NCBI GenBank assembly: GCA_964516555.1
Contig: CAZFAI010000002.1
Location: 1 to 39,866 of the forward strand
Length of the DNA: 39,866 nucleotides
Reading direction: 5' to 3'
DNA from: an uncultured Gammaproteobacteria bacterium
GTDB lineage: Bacteria; Patescibacteriota; Microgenomatia; UBA12405
The notes under the pieces were generated by a model. That model ran no database searches. It was not told the origin of the DNA and saw only the letters and a list, made by a program, of their open reading frames with translations. This document shows positions 35,707 through 39,866 of this stretch, in pieces; within the stretch, counting starts at the first letter, position 1; each line of letters opens with the position of its first letter. The position numbers and the translations under genes are program-made.

Positions 35707-36930
35707 TTACTCATATCGAAGTGCTTCTATTGGGGATAATTTACTGGCCTTGCGGGCAGGAGCAACCCCAAAAACTATACCTACGATGGCTGAGACACCA
35801 AATGCCAAGATTACTGATTGGAGAGTAACTTTAGCCGGAAAAAAGTTGTTGATAGCAGCACTACCTAAAAACCCAAGAAAAATTCCAACGGCACCGCCTA
35901 TTCCGGATAAAATTGTGGCTTCTATAAGAAACTGAATTAAAATAGCCCTAGGATAAGCGCCGATGGCTTTCCGCAAGCCGATTTCACGAGTTCTTTCCGA
36001 AACGGTGACAAGCATAATATTCATAATGCCAATACCACCAACTATAAGTGAAATGGCGGCAATACCGGTAAGAGCGACAGTCAGGGTTCCAATAATACTG
36101 TTTATTGAAGAAAGAAGCTGAGAAGAATCGAAAACGGTAAAGGTGTCTTTTTCGTAGCGATCCAAAAGAACTTTTTCAACTTCTAATTTACGCTGAGGTA
36201 TTTCGTCTTTGGAACCGGTTTTAATTTGAATGCTATTAATATTTTCGTTACCTGAAAGGGAGTGAACGATATCAAGCGGAACGTAAATATAATCGTCAAC
36301 CGGCGGACCGCCAAAACTACTTCCCTGCTGATTAGCAATACCGATGACTCTTAGTGTTTTGCCTTTTAAAATTATTTTTCGCCCTAATGGATTTATGTTG
36401 CCAAATAGATCCTCAGAAATATTTGAACCTAAAATTGCGATCTTACTGCCTTTGGTGTTTTCTTCGGCAGTAAACCAGCGGCCATTATCCTGATTTGGGG
36501 TGGCATTACTGTTTTCGCCGTATTTTTCGGTGGTACCGATGATACTAATAGACCGAAGGCTTTTTTTTAAAGCTTTGACTTCGGTAGTGGTTTGGGTAAG
36601 CGGGATGATGGTGTCGGATCTAAAATTACGGGAGAGAGTTGAAATGTCTTTTTTATCAAATGAGAGAGTCAAAAATTGCTCTGCACCTTGGTTGAAGCCT
36701 CCTCCTTCATTAAATACTCTTCCCGGAGAAACAAAAATAGTATTAGCCCCTAAACTTTCGAATTGATCAGAAACATAACTTTTTAACCCATTACCGATTG
36801 ACGTTAGCAGAATAACGGAAGTTACGCCGATAATTATGCCCAAGGAGGTTAGCAGTGTTCTGCCTTTATTTTTTAAAATAGAACGGAATGATGAGTTGAG
36901 TAGGTCAGAGAGAGAGGGTTTTATTTTCAT
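35707..36930 (-). CDS. macB: MacB/FtsX-type ABC transporter permease
   Basis: N-terminal TM helix, a large extracytoplasmic domain, and a C-terminal FtsX-like 3-TM bundle (ERTREIGLRKAIGA). Confidence 0.9.
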   Translation of the reverse strand: MKIKPSLSDLLNSSFRSILKNKGRTLLTSLGIIIGVTSVILLTSIGNGLKSYVSDQFESLGANTIFVSPGRVFNEGGGFNQGAEQFLTLSFDKKDISTLSRNFRSDTIIPLTQTTTEVKALKKSLRSISIIGTTEKYGENSNATPNQDNGRWFTAEENTKGSKIAILGSNISEDLFGNINPLGRKIILKGKTLRVIGIANQQGSSFGGPPVDDYIYVPLDIVHSLSGNENINSIQIKTGSKDEIPQRKLEVEKVLLDRYEKDTFTVFDSSQLLSSINSIIGTLTVALTGIAAISLIVGGIGIMNIMLVTVSERTREIGLRKAIGAYPRAILIQFLIEATILSGIGGAVGIFLGFLGSAAINNFFPAKVTLQSVILAFGVSAIVGIVFGVAPARKASKLSPIEALRYE

Positions 36931-36932
36931 AC

Positions 36933-37646
36933 TTACTTTGAATAAATTTTGCCATCCCGAATAATTATTTTTCTTTTGGCTTGATTGGCCAGTTCCATGT
37001 CGTGGGTGACTAAGACTATGGTTCGGCCTTCCTTTTGGTGTAGATAATGGAAAAAATCCATGATATCTTTGCCGGAAGCGGAATCGAGATTTCCGGTAGG
37101 TTCGTCTGCCAAAATTATTTTTGGATTATTGATAAGCGCGCGGGCAATGGCGACACGTTGCTGTTGGCCACCAGAAAGTTGCGCCGGAGTATTTTTAAGC
37201 TTATTCTTCAGTCCCACCTTTTCCAACATTTCAACTGCTAATTGATGGTGCAGACTTTTGGGTACATTGGAGTATAAAAGCGGTAGGGACACGTTTTCGA
37301 GTGCTGAAGTTTTGGGCAGAAGATTAAATTGTTGGAAGACAAAACCCAGGGTGATATTTCTGATTTGGGCTAATTGGTGCTCCTTAAGTTTGGATATGTT
37401 CCGACCTTCAAGAACTACTTGTCCGGAAGTAGGAACATCGAGAAGTCCAATAATATGCATGAGGGTAGATTTTCCCGAACCGGATGGCCCTGTGATTGAT
37501 ACGAACTCACCTTCTTTGATTTGAACATCAACTCCATCCAGGGCATTAAAGGTCGTGTTTCCGGAAACATAGGTTTTCACAATGTTCTTAAGCTCCAAAA
37601 TTGTTCTGGAAGACTTATTGCTTGATGAGGATTTTTTCATTTTCAC
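36933..37646 (-). CDS. ABC transporter ATP-binding protein (MacB/LolD-like)
   Basis: [35 protein letters not shown]. Confidence 0.95.
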   Translation of the reverse strand: MKMKKSSSSNKSSRTILELKNIVKTYVSGNTTFNALDGVDVQIKEGEFVSITGPSGSGKSTLMHIIGLLDVPTSGQVVLEGRNISKLKEHQLAQIRNITLGFVFQQFNLLPKTSALENVSLPLLYSNVPKSLHHQLAVEMLEKVGLKNKLKNTPAQLSGGQQQRVAIARALINNPKIILADEPTGNLDSASGKDIMDFFHYLHQKEGRTIVLVTHDMELANQAKRKIIIRDGKIYSK

Positions 37647-38673
37647 TTACTCCGGAGATAATTTGAACATAGTCGTCGGTTTCAATATCGGTAGAAATAT
37701 CTCTTTTTTCAACTTGATTTTGAGAATTTATGATATAGAGATAGTATTTGCCTTCGGCGTCTTGATTAACTGCTTCAAGCGGTAGAACTAACGCTTGAGG
37801 TGCTTGAGAAATTAAGATTGAAGCGTCGCCGTTCATGTCCAAGCGATATTTTAAGTCTTGGTTGTCGACAGAAAGTGGGAAGCGGACTTCGTAGACTGTA
37901 GATGCCTGACCGATAACGGGTGAAAAACTAATATAAGAGATCTCTGATTCGAAAACTTTGTCGGGGAAGGTGTCGATTGTAATTTTTGTTTTTTGGCCGA
38001 CAAAAATTCGATCAACATCTTCTTCGTCAATTTCGGATTTAAAATAAAGTGAGTTGGGGTCAATAATAGTGAATGAAGCCGTGGTGGGGGTAATGTTGAT
38101 ACCAGGATTAGGTTGGTCAACACCAACAACGATGCCGTTTATCGGAGACCAGATAGTGGCGTATTTAACGCTTAAGTCAGCAAGCTCATAGGCGATAACT
38201 GCATTACCAAGGCTGTTTTGGGACCGGTTGAGAATGCGCTGCATTTCGTCGGTTAGTGTGAGATTTTCTTTTTCGGTTTTGTAGGTGTCCTGGACGTCCT
38301 GAAAGGTATCTAGTTGGTTTTTGTAATCATTGAATTGTTTTTCTAGAGATTTTTTTAGCTCGGTTTTATCAAGCGAGGCAAGAGCTTGCCATTTTTGAAC
38401 CGGATCGCCGGTCTTTACACCGACCCATGCTAAGCGGCCTGATGTTTGAAAGCGGACTTCTGCTTTTGATTGGGCGTCGATTTTACCAGCCAATGTTATA
38501 TTTTCATCCAGGTCCATAACTATCGGGGAAACAACTTTGTCTTTTTTTGGGTCAAAGGTGGGAATGTCAGTACTATTAGAATTTTTCTGGAAAAGGTAGA
38601 ACAAAAAGCCAATTAAGACAACAAGACTTATAAAAATCAATGGAAAATTTTTTGACTTGAATATTTTTTTCAC
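37615..38673 (-). CDS. HlyD/MacA-like membrane-fusion (periplasmic adaptor) protein
   Basis: TM anchor, barrel-sandwich segments and a coiled-coil middle. Lies upstream of the ABC ATPase and permease. Confidence 0.8.
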   Translation of the reverse strand: MKKIFKSKNFPLIFISLVVLIGFLFYLFQKNSNSTDIPTFDPKKDKVVSPIVMDLDENITLAGKIDAQSKAEVRFQTSGRLAWVGVKTGDPVQKWQALASLDKTELKKSLEKQFNDYKNQLDTFQDVQDTYKTEKENLTLTDEMQRILNRSQNSLGNAVIAYELADLSVKYATIWSPINGIVVGVDQPNPGINITPTTASFTIIDPNSLYFKSEIDEEDVDRIFVGQKTKITIDTFPDKVFESEISYISFSPVIGQASTVYEVRFPLSVDNQDLKYRLDMNGDASILISQAPQALVLPLEAVNQDAEGKYYLYIINSQNQVEKRDISTDIETDDYVQIISGVSENEKILIKQ

Positions 38674-38999
38674 GGCAGAGGATTATACCCTTGTTTAGTA
38701 TTTTTTTCAAGCTTTATTTGTCTGAGTTTCCACATAAAGAGTTTATACGGGGTTTTTATTGTGCCGCTGGTTTGATCCTTTACAAAAAGGCGAGCTTTTT
38801 CCAGAACGTTTCTGTCGGTTTGCTTGGCCAGACGGATGTAAAGAGAGCGATTTTTCCAGTCACCCAATTCTTTGGCCAGTTCCAGCCCGTATGCCTGAAA
38901 TTCGTTTTTGACATATTTTCTGCGACCTTCAAGGGTTTGTCTGAAAAGATCAAGTTGGTCTTTGATTGATGATGTATCGGCCACAATTAATTTTAGCAA
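38670..38999 (-). CDS. Small hypothetical protein, coupled by a 4-nt overlap to the adaptor gene
   Basis: 109-aa basic ORF. No family recognised. Confidence 0.45.
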   Translation of the reverse strand: MLKLIVADTSSIKDQLDLFRQTLEGRRKYVKNEFQAYGLELAKELGDWKNRSLYIRLAKQTDRNVLEKARLFVKDQTSGTIKTPYKLFMWKLRQIKLEKNTKQGYNPLP

Positions 39000-39011
39000 T
39001 TTAGAGATTGC

Positions 39012-39338
39012 TTAGTAGGCGGCACCTTGAAAGTTGGGGCAGTTGTCTTTAGCCCATTCAAGAAATTCGGGTTCACAGTTGGGTCGGGCTCCTACATCAG
39101 GTCCGGGCATACAGTTTACCCATTCGGAATCGGGACATACATTTTCTGTATCGGGTGTGGTTTTGAGATTTTCGTTTAACTCAAGGTTGTAGGAAGGACT
39201 GCTAAGATCAATTTCTCCAGGATTTTCCAACTCAATCGGAGTGTCAGGAAGGTCGATAGTTGTTGGTTGTCCCCTGCCGCAAGATGAAAGCATGAAGGCA
39301 GAAAAAATAAGAATTGGGATGATTATCTTTTTGGTCAT
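39012..39338 (-). CDS. Small Cys-rich lipoprotein
   Basis: Signal peptide with lipobox LSSC (MTKKIIIPILIFSAFMLSSCG). Four further Cys in the mature part. Confidence 0.65.
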   Translation of the reverse strand: MTKKIIIPILIFSAFMLSSCGRGQPTTIDLPDTPIELENPGEIDLSSPSYNLELNENLKTTPDTENVCPDSEWVNCMPGPDVGARPNCEPEFLEWAKDNCPNFQGAAY

Positions 39339-39376
39339 TTTTTAGGATAACAAACTTTTGTATATAATGAATTAAG

Positions 39377-39853
39377 ATGAGAAAAATAAATTATGTTAGA
39401 TTGCTTATTTCTTTGGCCATTCCCTTGGTTATTGGCAGCTTGGGGTCGTTGTTCACTTTGCCAAATATTACCAGTTGGTATGTAGGATTAAATAAGCCAT
39501 TGTTGACGCCTCCAAATTGGGTGTTTGGTCCGGCGTGGACCACTCTTTATATTTTAATTGGCCTGGCGCTGTATCTGATTTGGATGAGTGATGTTGATGC
39601 CAAAATTAAGAAGCGAGCATTTGGTATTTTTGGGCTCCAGATCTTTTTGAATTTTTTATGGTCAATATTGTTTTTTCAATTCCAGCTGGTATTTTTAGCA
39701 GTTTTGGAAATACTACTTTTGTGGGTAGTAATTTTGTGGAATATTATCGAATTTAGTAAGATCAGACGGGAAGCCGCCTGGCTAATGGTTCCCTACCTGA
39801 TGTGGGTAAGTTTTGCTGCTTATCTGACAGTTGGTGTTTGGTTGTTGAACTGA
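39377..39853 (+). CDS. tspO: TspO/MBR family tryptophan-rich sensory protein
   Basis: PNWVFGPAWTTLYILIGLA, five TM helices, W-rich. Confidence 0.85.
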   Translation: MRKINYVRLLISLAIPLVIGSLGSLFTLPNITSWYVGLNKPLLTPPNWVFGPAWTTLYILIGLALYLIWMSDVDAKIKKRAFGIFGLQIFLNFLWSILFFQFQLVFLAVLEILLLWVVILWNIIEFSKIRREAAWLMVPYLMWVSFAAYLTVGVWLLN

Positions 39854-39866
39854 GTTTTTATTTTTC

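Noticed and set aside
1-39866. An alternative genetic code (UGA recoding), as seen in some candidate phyla.
   Set aside because: TGA terminates well-supported ORFs, often in ATGA coupling overlaps: 5234-5236, 6984-6986, 13393-13395, and 35120-35122 on the minus strand. TAA and TAG are also used as stops, so the standard code 11 fits.

Overview
The window is a densely packed, moderately AT-rich bacterial chromosomal segment. All calls come from reading the ORF translations and DNA by eye; no HMM or BLAST search was possible.

Most of it is housekeeping:
- Ribosomal proteins S21, S6, S18 and L31.
- Replication and recombination: dnaX, ybaB, recR, ssb, dnaB, gyrB and gyrA.
- Translation: cysS, hisS, a short RF1, tRNA-His(GTG) and tRNA-Leu(CAA).
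- Envelope proteases: RseP (cut by the left window edge), an S41 CtpA-like peptidase and HtrA.
- Also lspA, an RluA-family pseudouridine synthase, YebC, one Xer-type tyrosine recombinase, a SpoU methyltransferase, a MacAB-like ABC efflux operon and TspO.

The genetic code is standard, since TAA, TAG and TGA all terminate good ORFs. Tight gene packing, shortened housekeeping proteins and many small secreted proteins suggest a small-genome uncultivated bacterium (CPR/Patescibacteria-like). That assignment is inference only.

Four things deserve a second look:
1. A five-gene operon (1022-5940) encodes secreted proteins built from cohesin-like modules, dockerin-like Ca-binding repeats, Cys-rich knots and one LPXTG sortase anchor. 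This looks like a non-cellulolytic, cellulosome-style surface assembly system.
2. Three unusually long AT-rich spacers surround xer-gyrA-gyrB (25911-26711, 27651-27962, 32565-32801), while gaps elsewhere are mostly under 120 nt. They share several short motif families, hold DnaA-box-like sites and an AT-rich tract, and include a convergent-transcription point next to the only Xer gene.
3. An RF1 lacks its whole N-terminal domain, and a YbeY-like protein ends before the catalytic His triad.
4. A membrane protein is translationally coupled to an Rx4H (HEPN-like) protein.
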